This document shows, one piece after another, positions 48,428 through 57,018 of a DNA stretch of 64,000 nucleotides. The notes beneath the pieces were generated by a model. It did no database searches. It saw only the letters and a list, made by a program, of their open reading frames with translations, and was not told the origin of the DNA. The position numbers and the translations under genes are program-made. This DNA is from an uncultured Bacilli bacterium (GTDB taxonomy: Bacteria; Bacillota_I; Bacilli_A; RF39; UBA660): NCBI GenBank assembly GCA_934086485.1, contig CAKOIF010000004.1:14777-78776 (forward strand). Direction: 5' to 3'. The number at the start of each line of letters is the position of its first letter. Positions within the stretch are counted from its first letter, which is position 1.

Positions 48428-48936
48428 TGATAAATATTGTATTATTTGAGCCAGAAATACCACAAAATACTGGTAATATAATGAGAACTTGTGTTGCAAC
48501 TGGTAGCACATTACATCTTATTAAACCCTTTGGTTTTATCTTAGATGATGTTCACATTAAAAGAAGTGGTGTAAATTATATAGATAAGTGTAAATACTTT
48601 GTTTATGAAAATATTGATGATTTTTATAGTAAAAATAAAGGAACATTTTATTATTTAACAAGATATGGTCATAAAACTGGTGATGCCTTTGATTATTCAA
48701 ATAAAGATGAAAATATTTACTTTATGTTTGGTAAAGAATCAACAGGTATACCACCAAAGTTATTAAAACCACATATTGATAAATGCATTAGAATTCCTAT
48801 GACTGATAATGTTAGAGCTTTAAATCTTTCTAATACAGTTGCAATAATGACCTATGAAGCCTTAAGGCAACAAGGTTATCCTGGTCTTCTTAGAGATGAA
48901 CCTCATAAAAGTGATCATTTTATCGAAGAAAGTTAA
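48427..48936 (+). CDS. trmL: tRNA (cytidine/uridine-2'-O)-methyltransferase TrmL (SpoU/TrmH family)
   Basis: INIVLFEPEIPQNTGNIMRTCVATGSTLHLIKPFGF...IRIPM...RALNLSNTVAIMTYEALRQ. Confidence 0.85.
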   Translation: MINIVLFEPEIPQNTGNIMRTCVATGSTLHLIKPFGFILDDVHIKRSGVNYIDKCKYFVYENIDDFYSKNKGTFYYLTRYGHKTGDAFDYSNKDENIYFMFGKESTGIPPKLLKPHIDKCIRIPMTDNVRALNLSNTVAIMTYEALRQQGYPGLLRDEPHKSDHFIEES

Positions 48937-48948
48937 AAGACATAGAAA

Positions 48949-49470
48949 TTAATCTATGCCTTTTTCTTTTATAAATTTTTTTAAATCGGTTTCAGATTTA
49001 TAACCAATAAATCCTGCTTCTTGTTTTCCTGATTTACTAATTATAACTGTAGGTGTAAATCCATAATTATCAAGAAAATATCCATATGTTTCAGTAACTG
49101 TTTCCCCTTCATCACTTTCATTTAATGTTTGAGTTGATTTCATACTAAGTTTTTTTATTAATTTTATCCATTCTTCAGAGGTTCTATCCACTTTAGAAAT
49201 ATCTAAATATAAAGGTGTAAAGTTATATTCAATACTTGCATTTTTTAAATTAGGTAAAAACTTTTCACATAAAGGGCAAGTTTTTCTTCCTACATATATT
49301 ACATGATAATTATCACTTTCAAATAAGGTTAAAACTTCGTTTACAGTAACCTCTTTCATAAATGAAGTATCAAATTCATTACTTTTTTTTATTAATACAT
49401 AACTTAAAATGAAGATAATTACTAAAAATGATATAGATATACCTAAAAATATTTTAGATAATTTATTCAT
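48949..49470 (-). CDS. Membrane-anchored thioredoxin-family protein (CPLC active site)
   Basis: N-terminal TM, YVGRKTCPLCEKFLP, C-terminal FTPTVIISKSGK. Start at the ATG adjacent to the frr stop. Confidence 0.6.
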   Translation of the reverse strand: MNKLSKIFLGISISFLVIIFILSYVLIKKSNEFDTSFMKEVTVNEVLTLFESDNYHVIYVGRKTCPLCEKFLPNLKNASIEYNFTPLYLDISKVDRTSEEWIKLIKKLSMKSTQTLNESDEGETVTETYGYFLDNYGFTPTVIISKSGKQEAGFIGYKSETDLKKFIKEKGID

Positions 49471-49471
49471 A

Positions 49472-49999
49472 TTAGATTTGTAATAACTCACTTTCTTTTA
49501 TTTTGATTTCTTCATCAATTAATTTATTATATTTATCAATTAACTCTTGAAGATCTTCCATATAAAGTTTTTCTTCATCCTCAGGATATTTAGCTTTAGT
49601 AATCTCATCTTTAGCATCTTGTCTAATATTTCTAAGTGCTACTTTACCTTCCTCACCTATTGCTTTTGCTTGTTTAACATATTCTTTTCTTCGGTCCATA
49701 GTAAGCTCTGGAATAGTTAAAATAACCATTTCTCCATTATTTGTTGGATTAATACCTAAATTAGCCTCATTTATAGCCTTTTCAATATCTTTAACCGCTG
49801 TTTTATCAAATGGTTTAATAAGAAGTTGTCTTGCCTCAGGAACCATTATATTAGCAATACTTTGAATTGGAGTTGGAGTTCCATAATAAGAAACCATTAT
49901 TCCATTTAAAAGTGCTGGATTAGCCCTACCTGCTCTTATACTTCCTAATCTACTTTTTACGCTTTCTAAAGCATTTTTCATTTTGTTTTCAGTGTCCAT
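49472..49999 (-). CDS. frr: Ribosome recycling factor
   Basis: LGSIRAGRANPALLNGIMVSYYGTPTPIQSIANI...TMDRRKEYVKQAK. Confidence 0.93.
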   Translation of the reverse strand: MDTENKMKNALESVKSRLGSIRAGRANPALLNGIMVSYYGTPTPIQSIANIMVPEARQLLIKPFDKTAVKDIEKAINEANLGINPTNNGEMVILTIPELTMDRRKEYVKQAKAIGEEGKVALRNIRQDAKDEITKAKYPEDEEKLYMEDLQELIDKYNKLIDEEIKIKESELLQI

Positions 50000-50011
50000 A
50001 TTTTTTCCTTT

Positions 50012-50743
50012 CTAACTTAAAACTATAATATCATTATAATCGCTTTTCTCGGCTTTGACAAGAATACTTATTACAAGTCTACCAAGTTTATCGACATAAA
50101 GATTATATTTTGTATTATTACTAATAGTTTGCTCAACATCAATTTTATTTTCTTCGCTTACTAAATTTTTATCATTTAAGTAAGTTTCTATTTTTCCTTT
50201 TATATCATCTTTATTAACACTAAACTTACTTAAAAGTTCATCATTATTATATAGTTTTCCACTTGTTTTATCAAATACATAAACATCACTTCCAAGTGTA
50301 GTAATAATTGTTTTATAATCAAAACTATATTTATTTACCACTAAAGTGATATAATCCACATAATGAATAATTTCATATTTTGCAAATTTTGCACTTATTA
50401 AATGATTGTAATTTGCTTCTTCGTTAGTTTCATCATAAACAGGTGTTTTACTCATTTCTTCATTTTCTTTATTAACTATAGCGGCAACACCCTCTTTATC
50501 TTCGAAATTAATATTAATATTTTTATATTCAATATCAAGTTCTCCTTCGACTACATTTACATCAGAATAATAAATATAATCTTTAGTTTTATCTAATCTA
50601 ATATCAGTATCTTTTACTTCAGTAACTTTTTTATCTACTACATTTTTAAGTTTTTCACTTTTCTTCATTAAATAAAAGCCACCAAAGATAAATACTAATA
50701 TTACAAAGATGAAGAAATATACTTTAATTTGATTTGTTTTCAT
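50012..50743 (-). CDS. Hypothetical membrane-anchored protein
   Basis: Start at MKTNQIKVYFFIFVILVFIFGGFY; overlaps the upstream stop. Confidence 0.45.
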   Translation of the reverse strand: MKTNQIKVYFFIFVILVFIFGGFYLMKKSEKLKNVVDKKVTEVKDTDIRLDKTKDYIYYSDVNVVEGELDIEYKNININFEDKEGVAAIVNKENEEMSKTPVYDETNEEANYNHLISAKFAKYEIIHYVDYITLVVNKYSFDYKTIITTLGSDVYVFDKTSGKLYNNDELLSKFSVNKDDIKGKIETYLNDKNLVSEENKIDVEQTISNNTKYNLYVDKLGRLVISILVKAEKSDYNDIIVLS

Positions 50744-51338
50744 TTTTCTTATAATCCTCCAACACACTCTTTAAGGTAATCTTTTTTAAATTTGTTCTAT
50801 AATTATCAAAATAATCATTAGCATTAGTTTCTCCGTGAACAATGGCATCTTCATCATCAAAGTAAGTTATAATTCCATCATTTTTTACAAGAAGTGATGG
50901 TGCATATATATTTTTACTACCATCATCAAGTGATACTGCATAATCTTTTAAATAGTTGACAATACTTTGATAAGTTCCATTTTTAATTTTACGATCTTCG
51001 GTTAAATCATAATAATATATTTTTTCAATTCCAACATTTTTAGCAACTTCATTTAAAATATTTGCATAATTTCCCACAAAGGAATTATTTTTCATACCAA
51101 AAAGAATTAATATATTATCTTTTTTTATATAATCAAGCGTTTCAGCGGCATTTAAATACACAAAAACATTATCTTCATTTACCTCTTTATATTCATTTTT
51201 AAACTTATCACTATCACTAGCCCTCTTCGTGGTATTTTCAAGTGTACCAAAATAAATAAATAAAGCAATAAATATTACAAATAATATAATATAAATTATC
51301 ATTTGAGTTTTACTCTTAAAAAATTTCTTTTTCTTCAT
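50724..51338 (-). CDS. Membrane-anchored thioredoxin-fold-like protein without CxxC
   Basis: N-terminal TM. NILILFGMKNNSFVGNYANILNEVAK...APSLLVKNDGIITYF parallels the 48949-49470 protein but has no Cys pair. Confidence 0.4.
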   Translation of the reverse strand: MKKKKFFKSKTQMIIYIILFVIFIALFIYFGTLENTTKRASDSDKFKNEYKEVNEDNVFVYLNAAETLDYIKKDNILILFGMKNNSFVGNYANILNEVAKNVGIEKIYYYDLTEDRKIKNGTYQSIVNYLKDYAVSLDDGSKNIYAPSLLVKNDGIITYFDDEDAIVHGETNANDYFDNYRTNLKKITLKSVLEDYKKNENKSN

Positions 51339-51385
51339 CTTACATCACATAATAATTTTAACATTTTTTTATAAAAAAATCGAGC

Positions 51386-51646
51386 CTATTTTGACTCGAT
51401 TATTAATTTAATGGCAGTTTTCTTTTCACCATCAATTTCTATATCAGAAAATGCTGGAATAGTTACCAAATTATCCCCCATTGGTGCTACGAAACCTCTT
51501 GCAATAGCAATTGCTTTAATTGCTTGATTTAGACTTGCTGCTCCAACAGTTTGGATTGTGGCACTCTTATTTTCTCTAAAAATATTTGCGATTGCGCCGG
51601 CAACCTTACTTGGATTTGATTTTGCTCCTACTTTTAATATTTCCAT
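51386..51646 (-). CDS. spoVS: Stage V sporulation protein S
   Basis: MEILKVGAKSNPSKVAGAIANIFRENKSATIQTVGAASLNQAIKAIAIARGF. 86 aa from the GGAGG-proximal ATG. Confidence 0.9.
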   Translation of the reverse strand: MEILKVGAKSNPSKVAGAIANIFRENKSATIQTVGAASLNQAIKAIAIARGFVAPMGDNLVTIPAFSDIEIDGEKKTAIKLIIESK

Positions 51647-51687
51647 ATTTCCTCCGTAATACATAATATGAAAATATTTTTATTTTA

Positions 51688-52215
51688 TTACTTTTGTTTT
51701 TCTATTAAATAATATGTAATTGGATCAATTGCCTCCAAGATACCATTTATAAAATAAAAGAATCCAAGTACTAAAATTTGTACACTTTTTTCGTAATATA
51801 AATTAATTGTACAAAGAAGTCCAGATAAAATAAATAAAACTAAAGTTATTATTTTTAAAATATAGATTTCTTTATGTCTATCGTGATAATAATCACATTT
51901 TTTTAATTTAACTAAACTCATCATTGTTATCCATACAAATAAAGTTAATGCTAAATTAAGTGGTATATTTGTATCAATAAGTCCAAGTAAAATTAAGGTA
52001 ATCATACTTACAATACATGTAAATAAACCTTCATAATCTTTTGCTTCATTAGTTAAAATAAATTTTAAAAGGTTCATTATTCCATAAAAAGCAAGCACTC
52101 CCATAAAAATATATTTTACATTAACTATTTTTAGTAATGGGAAAAGTAAAATTATACTTCCAAGTACAATAAGTATTATTGCAGTAATTAAATCAATTAT
52201 TTGTTTTCTTTTCAT
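51688..52215 (-). CDS. Polytopic membrane protein, function unknown
   Basis: Five or six predicted TM helices. Overlaps the uppS stop by 23 nt. Confidence 0.5.
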   Translation of the reverse strand: MKRKQIIDLITAIILIVLGSIILLFPLLKIVNVKYIFMGVLAFYGIMNLLKFILTNEAKDYEGLFTCIVSMITLILLGLIDTNIPLNLALTLFVWITMMSLVKLKKCDYYHDRHKEIYILKIITLVLFILSGLLCTINLYYEKSVQILVLGFFYFINGILEAIDPITYYLIEKQK

Positions 52216-52912
52216 TTAGTCCTCCGAATCTTCGATCAGTATGTAAAAATGATTTTATAATATCATCTATTTCTTTAGTTTTTAAATCTGGAAATAATGT
52301 ATCTATAAAAAATATTTCTGCATAAGTCATTTGATATAACATAAAATTACTTAAACGATGTTCTCCCCCAGTGCGGATTAAAATATCAATCGCGGGTAAA
52401 TCATTATCTAAATATTTATAAAAATTATCTCTATTAATTTCATTTTTAGAAACTTTATTATTTACTAAATCATTATGATATCTTTCACTTGCTCTAATAA
52501 TTTCTTCTTGAGCACCATAATTAAGGCATACATTAAGTATTGTTCCTTTATTATTTTGAGTTTCATTTACAATGTTATTCATTGATGTAATAACATCCTC
52601 TCTAAGACCTTCTTTAGAACCACTAAAAACTACTTTAATTCCTTTTTCTTTTAGTTTAGTAAATTTTTTATTAAACATTTCAATAAATAAATTCATAAGA
52701 TAATCTACTTCTTCTTTACTTCTTTTAAAGTTATCCGTAGAAAAAGCATACACACTTAAAACATCAACACCGATTTTATTAATATGAGTTGCAATTTTTT
52801 CTAATGTATTAGCACCCTTTTTATGACCAAAACTTCTTTTTAGTCCTCTTTTTTGAGCCCATCTACCATTACCATCCATTATAATTGCTATATGTTTTAA
52901 TTTATTTTCCAT
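52193..52912 (-). CDS. uppS: Isoprenyl transferase (undecaprenyl-diphosphate synthase)
   Basis: HIAIIMDGNGRWAQKRGL...GH, IRTGGEHRLSNFMLYQMTYAEIFF. Confidence 0.93.
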   Translation of the reverse strand: MENKLKHIAIIMDGNGRWAQKRGLKRSFGHKKGANTLEKIATHINKIGVDVLSVYAFSTDNFKRSKEEVDYLMNLFIEMFNKKFTKLKEKGIKVVFSGSKEGLREDVITSMNNIVNETQNNKGTILNVCLNYGAQEEIIRASERYHNDLVNNKVSKNEINRDNFYKYLDNDLPAIDILIRTGGEHRLSNFMLYQMTYAEIFFIDTLFPDLKTKEIDDIIKSFLHTDRRFGGLNEKKTNN

Positions 52913-52961
52913 ATTTCATCCCCAAAGTATTATAACTAATTTTTACTTATATTACAATTAT

Positions 52962-53492
52962 TTATTTTTTGCATTTGGTTTGAGTGTCCAAAATATAAGC
53001 CTCCATTATTTCATTAGTTTGACCTGAAACCTTAAATCTTACTAAATCGCCAAATATCGGCAAATTAAAATCAAAAAATAAAGTTACTCTGAAAATTGTA
53101 TTACAAGTTTCGTTATTTGTCATTGCTAGCACACAATAATTATACTGTTGGCCCTCTTGTGCAAGTTCAGATGTACCATCAATAGTAAATCCATACATTT
53201 TATTTATAGTCTCAGTTGCTTCATAAACACTATCCAAGTTTTGACAAACACCTTTCATTTTATAATTATTATTTTTTAAATAAGTATTCATAACATTTAT
53301 TGAACCATCTATATTCTTTCCATACGTTGTTTTAGTTGTTAGTCCCTCATATTTTTCTATAATTGAAGACAAATCATTTTTTTCTTTGTATGTTCTTGAA
53401 TAACTTAATGCCATAACCAAAAAGCCTGCAAAAATTAAAGTAAAACTTGTAGCAATAACAAATATCCAAGTTGAACCAATAGATTCTCTCAT
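52962..53492 (-). CDS. Hypothetical N-terminally anchored protein (weakly TadG-N-terminus-like)
   Basis: MRESIGSTWIFVIATSFTLIFAGFLVMALSYSRTY resembles the N-terminal helix of Tad/TadG-like proteins. The rest is unrecognised. Confidence 0.35.
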   Translation of the reverse strand: MRESIGSTWIFVIATSFTLIFAGFLVMALSYSRTYKEKNDLSSIIEKYEGLTTKTTYGKNIDGSINVMNTYLKNNNYKMKGVCQNLDSVYEATETINKMYGFTIDGTSELAQEGQQYNYCVLAMTNNETCNTIFRVTLFFDFNLPIFGDLVRFKVSGQTNEIMEAYILDTQTKCKK

Positions 53493-53568
53493 ATATCCAC
53501 CTCTTATTATAATAAGTATAACATTTTTTATAGAATAAATCTATTACTTATGATAAAATAATATTGAT

Positions 53569-53642
53569 GCCGGATTAGTTTAATGGCAAAACAGATGCAT
53601 GGTAAGCATCAGCTACAAGTTCAATTCTTGTATTCGGCACCA
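53569..53642 (+). tRNA. tRNA-Thr(GGU)
   Basis: Hand-folded cloverleaf: acceptor GCCGGAU/AUUCGGC, anticodon arm GAUGC-AUGGUAA-GCAUC, T arm ACAAG-UUCAAUU-CUUGU, encoded CCA. Confidence 0.85.
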
Positions 53643-53665
53643 TTAATTTTGTCTTACTTTTAATA

Positions 53666-53706
53666 TAAAAAAACTCGTTTCTCATATGTTCAAGAAACGA
53701 GTTTTT
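53666..53706. terminator. Bidirectional terminator
   Basis: AAAAAAACTCGTTTCT...AGAAACGAGTTTTT. Serves tRNA-Thr (+) and the 365-aa gene (-). Confidence 0.7.
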
Positions 53707-53720
53707 ATAAATTTTTACTT

Positions 53721-54803
53721 TTATTTTTGTAATATTCTTTTTTGTCCTTTTGTGGAAGACTTATCTAAACTATATAGTTCTGAATAAAGATACATTTTTC
53801 TAAATAATTTATTATCTTTGCTACATCTATCTTCTATTCTTTCTTTTATTCCATCAGATAAAATCTCTTTAGGTATATTTACTATATAACCACAATGAGG
53901 ACACATTTGATAATATCTATATAAACTATCATTAGGATCAACAAATATTTCATTTTCATTAATAGTAAAATATTCTCCACAAGGTTCAGTATTTTTTGGT
54001 CTTTGTAATCTAGTATCAGATGGTGCATGAATATACACTTCCTCTAAAGCACAAGCTATTTCTAAATTGCAAGGTAATTCATCATGATAAGTTAAATATA
54101 CTTGTTGTTTTTCATTTTCAGTAAAAATTGATAAATTATCTTCATAATGAGGTGCAGTTACTATTACGCTTATAAACGAATTATTTTTTACACCAACATC
54201 ATTTTTAACTCTTAATGGCTTTCTTGGATTTTTATCAATTATAAATGAAAGTGAATCACAATCGTGTAAGTCTAAATTTCTTCCACTTGTATATATTTTT
54301 CCATTATTTTTGTATCTTCCTATTCTATAATATTCATCAAGTACATTTAATTTATTTTTTTTATTATTTAAATCACCAGATTGTTCTTCAATATAATCAC
54401 AAGTTTTACTTAATATTTTAAATATATCTATTGTATAAGGAAATGATCTTTTATCAGCATTTTCTTTTTCTAATAACGCTAGACCATAGCTTACTTGTTC
54501 TAAATATTCTTTATTATTTTTTTTACTTTGTAATAATTGATAAAGTTTGCTTTCTTCCATAGGCATATCAGATAATAGAAATTCTTCAAATAATGAATTT
54601 ATTTCATCTAATATACCTATATTCAAATATATTAATGGTTTATCTGCAAAAACAGAACCATACTTTACTTTTTGTTCTTTTAATCTTTTTTCAAGTTCTT
54701 CGCTAGTTTCCTCATACATGTATGGTGCTAAAATTAAAAAAGCATTACCATATAAGTACTTATATCTTTTAACTAATTCCCCTTTTGCATTTTCTAAATT
54801 CAT
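53721..54803 (-). CDS. Hypothetical protein (360 aa), unrecognised
   Basis: Start at the ATG after GGAGGG (MNLENAKGEL). One CxxC (MCPHCGY) near the C-terminus. Sits alone between tRNA genes. Confidence 0.5.
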   Translation of the reverse strand: MNLENAKGELVKRYKYLYGNAFLILAPYMYEETSEELEKRLKEQKVKYGSVFADKPLIYLNIGILDEINSLFEEFLLSDMPMEESKLYQLLQSKKNNKEYLEQVSYGLALLEKENADKRSFPYTIDIFKILSKTCDYIEEQSGDLNNKKNKLNVLDEYYRIGRYKNNGKIYTSGRNLDLHDCDSLSFIIDKNPRKPLRVKNDVGVKNNSFISVIVTAPHYEDNLSIFTENEKQQVYLTYHDELPCNLEIACALEEVYIHAPSDTRLQRPKNTEPCGEYFTINENEIFVDPNDSLYRYYQMCPHCGYIVNIPKEILSDGIKERIEDRCSKDNKLFRKMYLYSELYSLDKSSTKGQKRILQK

Positions 54804-54920
54804 TACTAAACCCTCCAATTAATAATTACTATTATACTATATAAATTTTGTTATTCAAAGTTTTTTGTATTGAATCAGGAAAAATCATTTAAAAGTATGT
54901 TTTAAAATATGTTTAACAAA

Positions 54921-54942
54921 ATAAAAAACCCCAACATTGGGG
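54921..54942 (-). terminator. Terminator of the tRNA operon
   Basis: Minus strand CCCCAauguUGGGG followed by UUUUUUAUUUUG. Confidence 0.7.
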
Positions 54943-54957
54943 AATTATTTGTTTTTC

Positions 54958-55033
<76 letters not shown>

Positions 55034-55036
55034 AAA

Positions 55037-55113
55037 TGGCGGTTCCAACGGGATTTGAACCCGTGATCTCTTGCGTGACAGGCAAGCGTGATAGGCCGCT
55101 ACACTATGGAACC
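55037..55113 (-). tRNA. tRNA-Asp(GUC)
   Basis: GGUUCCAUAGUGUAGCGGCCUAUCACGCUUGCCUGUCACGCAAGAGAUCACGGGUUCAAAUCCCGUUGGAACCGCCA. Confidence 0.93.
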
Positions 55114-55115
55114 AT

Positions 55116-55193
<78 letters not shown>

Positions 55194-55208
55194 ATATAAA
55201 TTTTAAAT

Positions 55209-55301
55209 TGGCGGAGGAAAAGGGATTCGAACCCCTGCGCCGGTCACCCGACCTCCTGGTTTTCAAGACCAGTCCCTTCAACCGGACTTGGGTATTCCTC
55301 C
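55209..55301 (-). tRNA. tRNA-Ser(UGA)
   Basis: Type II tRNA: acceptor GGAGGAA/UUCCUCC, anticodon arm CUGGU-CUUGAAA-ACCAG, long variable arm, encoded CCA. Confidence 0.9.
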
Positions 55302-55321
55302 ATTTCTTCAAGCGCAATTTG

Positions 55322-55351
55322 ATTATAGCATAAACTATTTTCAATTGTCAA
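55322..55351 (-). promoter_or_regulatory. Promoter of the Ser-fMet-Asp-Phe tRNA operon
   Basis: TTGACA(55351-55346)-18-TGcTATAAT(55327-55322). Confidence 0.6.
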
Positions 55352-55474
55352 TTAACTTTTGTAAAAAATTAATATATTTTATAACTTTTTACTATAAATA
55401 CATAATTTCAGTAAAAAAATAGAGACATTTTCACATATTATTCATACAAAAAATAAATTTTTAGCAAAAAAGTA

Positions 55475-55503
55475 TTGCACTTACTTAAAAAAAAAGTTAT
55501 AAT
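55475..55503 (+). promoter_or_regulatory. Promoter of the intron-containing tRNA-Leu
   Basis: TTGCAC(55475-55480)-17-TATAAT(55498-55503), about 30 nt upstream of the tRNA 5' end. Confidence 0.6.
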
Positions 55504-55568
55504 TAAGAAGTCTTATTAATTAAGACAGTGCCTGCCCGAGTGGCGGAATAGGTAGACGCACAGGACTT

Positions 55569-56252
55569 AGGGCCTCTTACTTAGTTGGAAGGCCTTGAGC
55601 ACTATCGTGAGAAATCCGATAAGTGAATTTGCTCAAATTCGGGGAAACCTTACAGATAACGCTGATGGCAATCCCGAGCCAAGATTTACGGAGGTTGTTT
55701 GAATTCTAAATTTTCAAAAACTAATCTGAATAATATTGTTTCACAATCCAAAAGTAAACGAGAATGCCTAATTAAACTAGGTATGAAACCATATGGCGGA
55801 AATTATCGTATACTCGATAAATATGTTTCATTATATGGAATTGATACTAGTCATTTTTTGGGACAAGGTTGGAATGTAAATAATAGTCCAGCAGATATTA
55901 AACCAATTGAGAAGTATTTGAACAACGAAATTCCAATTACAAGTTATAAATTAAAAAAAAGACTTTTAAAAGAAGGACTTAAAAAGCAGAAATGTGAAAT
56001 TTGTAATCTTAGTGAATGGAATGATAGTATTATTCCGTTAGAGTTACATCATATCAATGGAAATAATAAAGATAATTCATTATCCAATTTACAAATGTTA
56101 TGTCCAAATTGTCATGCTTTAACTGATAATTATCGTAATCGTAAATAAGGTGTAGAGACTTTACGGGCAATACCTAAATTACTTTGTAATATGGTAAAGA
56201 GAAAGTCCAGACTACAAACAAATTGTTTGGTAACGAAAGTTATAGTGGTACG
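55569..56252 (+). mobile_element. Group I intron (tRNA-Leu(UAA) IC3-like) carrying an endonuclease ORF
   Basis: Preceded by exon U and ends in G. Core blocks GGGGAAACC, GGCAAUCCCGAGCCAAG, GGUGUAGAGACUUUACGGG, GGUAAAGAGAAAGUCCAG and AACGAAAGUU parallel, from memory, the Anabaena/plastid tRNA-Leu intron. The ORF sits between the GAGCCAAG and GUAGAGACU blocks. Confidence 0.82.
55699..56148 (+). CDS. Intron-encoded HNH homing endonuclease (TTG start)
   Basis: C-terminal HNH motif CEICN...LELHHINGNNKDNSLSNLQMLCPNCHALTD. The N-terminal region ...KSKRECLIKLGMKPYGGNYRILDKYVSLYGIDTSHF is typical of phage/intron HNH enzymes. GGAGG lies 4 nt before the TTG. The first in-frame ATG would delete this conserved N-terminus. 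Confidence 0.8.
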   Translation: MNSKFSKTNLNNIVSQSKSKRECLIKLGMKPYGGNYRILDKYVSLYGIDTSHFLGQGWNVNNSPADIKPIEKYLNNEIPITSYKLKKRLLKEGLKKQKCEICNLSEWNDSIIPLELHHINGNNKDNSLSNLQMLCPNCHALTDNYRNRK

Positions 56253-56316
56253 AAAATCCTGCGGGCATTAAAACCCGTGCCGGTTCAAGTCCGGCCTCGG
56301 GCACCATTTAAAAATT

Positions 56317-56339
56317 ACTTCCTTATGGAAGTTTTTTTT
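56317..56339. terminator. Bidirectional terminator ACTTCCttatGGAAGTTTTTTTT
   Basis: 6-bp stem followed by T7. Lies between tRNA-Leu (+) and the S1-domain gene (-). Confidence 0.7.
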
Positions 56340-56364
56340 ATGTTATAAATAAAAAAAGAATAAC

Positions 56365-56724
56365 CTACTTTTGATTATTCTCATTTATTTCGGATAGTTT
56401 TTCACTAATCCAAGTATTTAAATGATTTTTTAAAGGTAAAAATCCGAGTCTAGATTCCTTAACTTTACTTTTTGTATTTGATTTATAATTTATATTTTTT
56501 ATAGATAATTTAAGCCTATGATTTTCCTCATCTACATCTAGTATTTGTGTATAAATAATTTCACCAATTTGTAAAAAGTCATTAATATCTTTTACAAAAC
56601 CATTTGATATTTCAGAAATATGAATAAGGCCACTATAAATACCATCAATATTTACAAAAGCTCCATACTTCTCTATTCCAGTTACTTGGCATTTAACGAT
56701 ACTACCCGTTCTGTATTCTGCCAT
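56365..56724 (-). CDS. S1 RNA-binding domain protein (YabR/GSP13-like)
   Basis: GSIVKCQVTGIEKYGAFVNIDGIYSGLIHISEISNGFVKDINDFLQIGEIIYTQILDVDEENHRLKLSIK. Confidence 0.8.
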   Translation of the reverse strand: MAEYRTGSIVKCQVTGIEKYGAFVNIDGIYSGLIHISEISNGFVKDINDFLQIGEIIYTQILDVDEENHRLKLSIKNINYKSNTKSKVKESRLGFLPLKNHLNTWISEKLSEINENNQK

Positions 56725-56793
56725 AAACTATTCCTCACAAACAAAATTCTACCATATTTTCAAAAAAAATGCTATAATAATGTAGTGATTTGT

Positions 56794-57018
56794 ATGGAAG
56801 AAAAGATTTTAAATGTTATTGAAAAAGTTCGCCCCTATTTAAATATGGATGGTGGCGACATTGAATTTGTTAAATATGAAGATGGTTATATCTATATTAA
56901 ACTTTATGGTGCTTGTGCAAATTGTTTATATCAAGATAATACAATTAATGAGAATCTACTTACCTTTTTTAAGGAGGAAATTCCTGATATCAAAGGCATT
57001 ATAAATGTTAATTTTTAA
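56794..57018 (+). CDS. NifU-C-terminal (Nfu-type) Fe-S assembly domain protein
   Basis: 74 aa. VRPYLNMDGGDIEFV...LYGACANCLYQDNTI (CxxC). TGcTATAAT at 56770-56778. The track ORF start is a spurious extension overlapping the S1 gene. Confidence 0.75.
   Translation: MEEKILNVIEKVRPYLNMDGGDIEFVKYEDGYIYIKLYGACANCLYQDNTINENLLTFFKEEIPDIKGIINVNF

Larger units (their letters stand above)
55534..56306 (+). tRNA. tRNA-Leu(UAA), split by a group I intron after U34
   Basis: 5' exon 55534-55568: GCCCGAGUGGCGGAAUAGGUAGACGCACAGGACUU. 3' exon 56253-56306: AAAAUCCUG...GCCGGUUCAAGUCCGGCCUCGGGCACCA. When joined, acceptor GCCCGAG/CUCGGGC, anticodon stem CAGGA/UCCUG and loop CUUAAAA all form. Confidence 0.88.
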
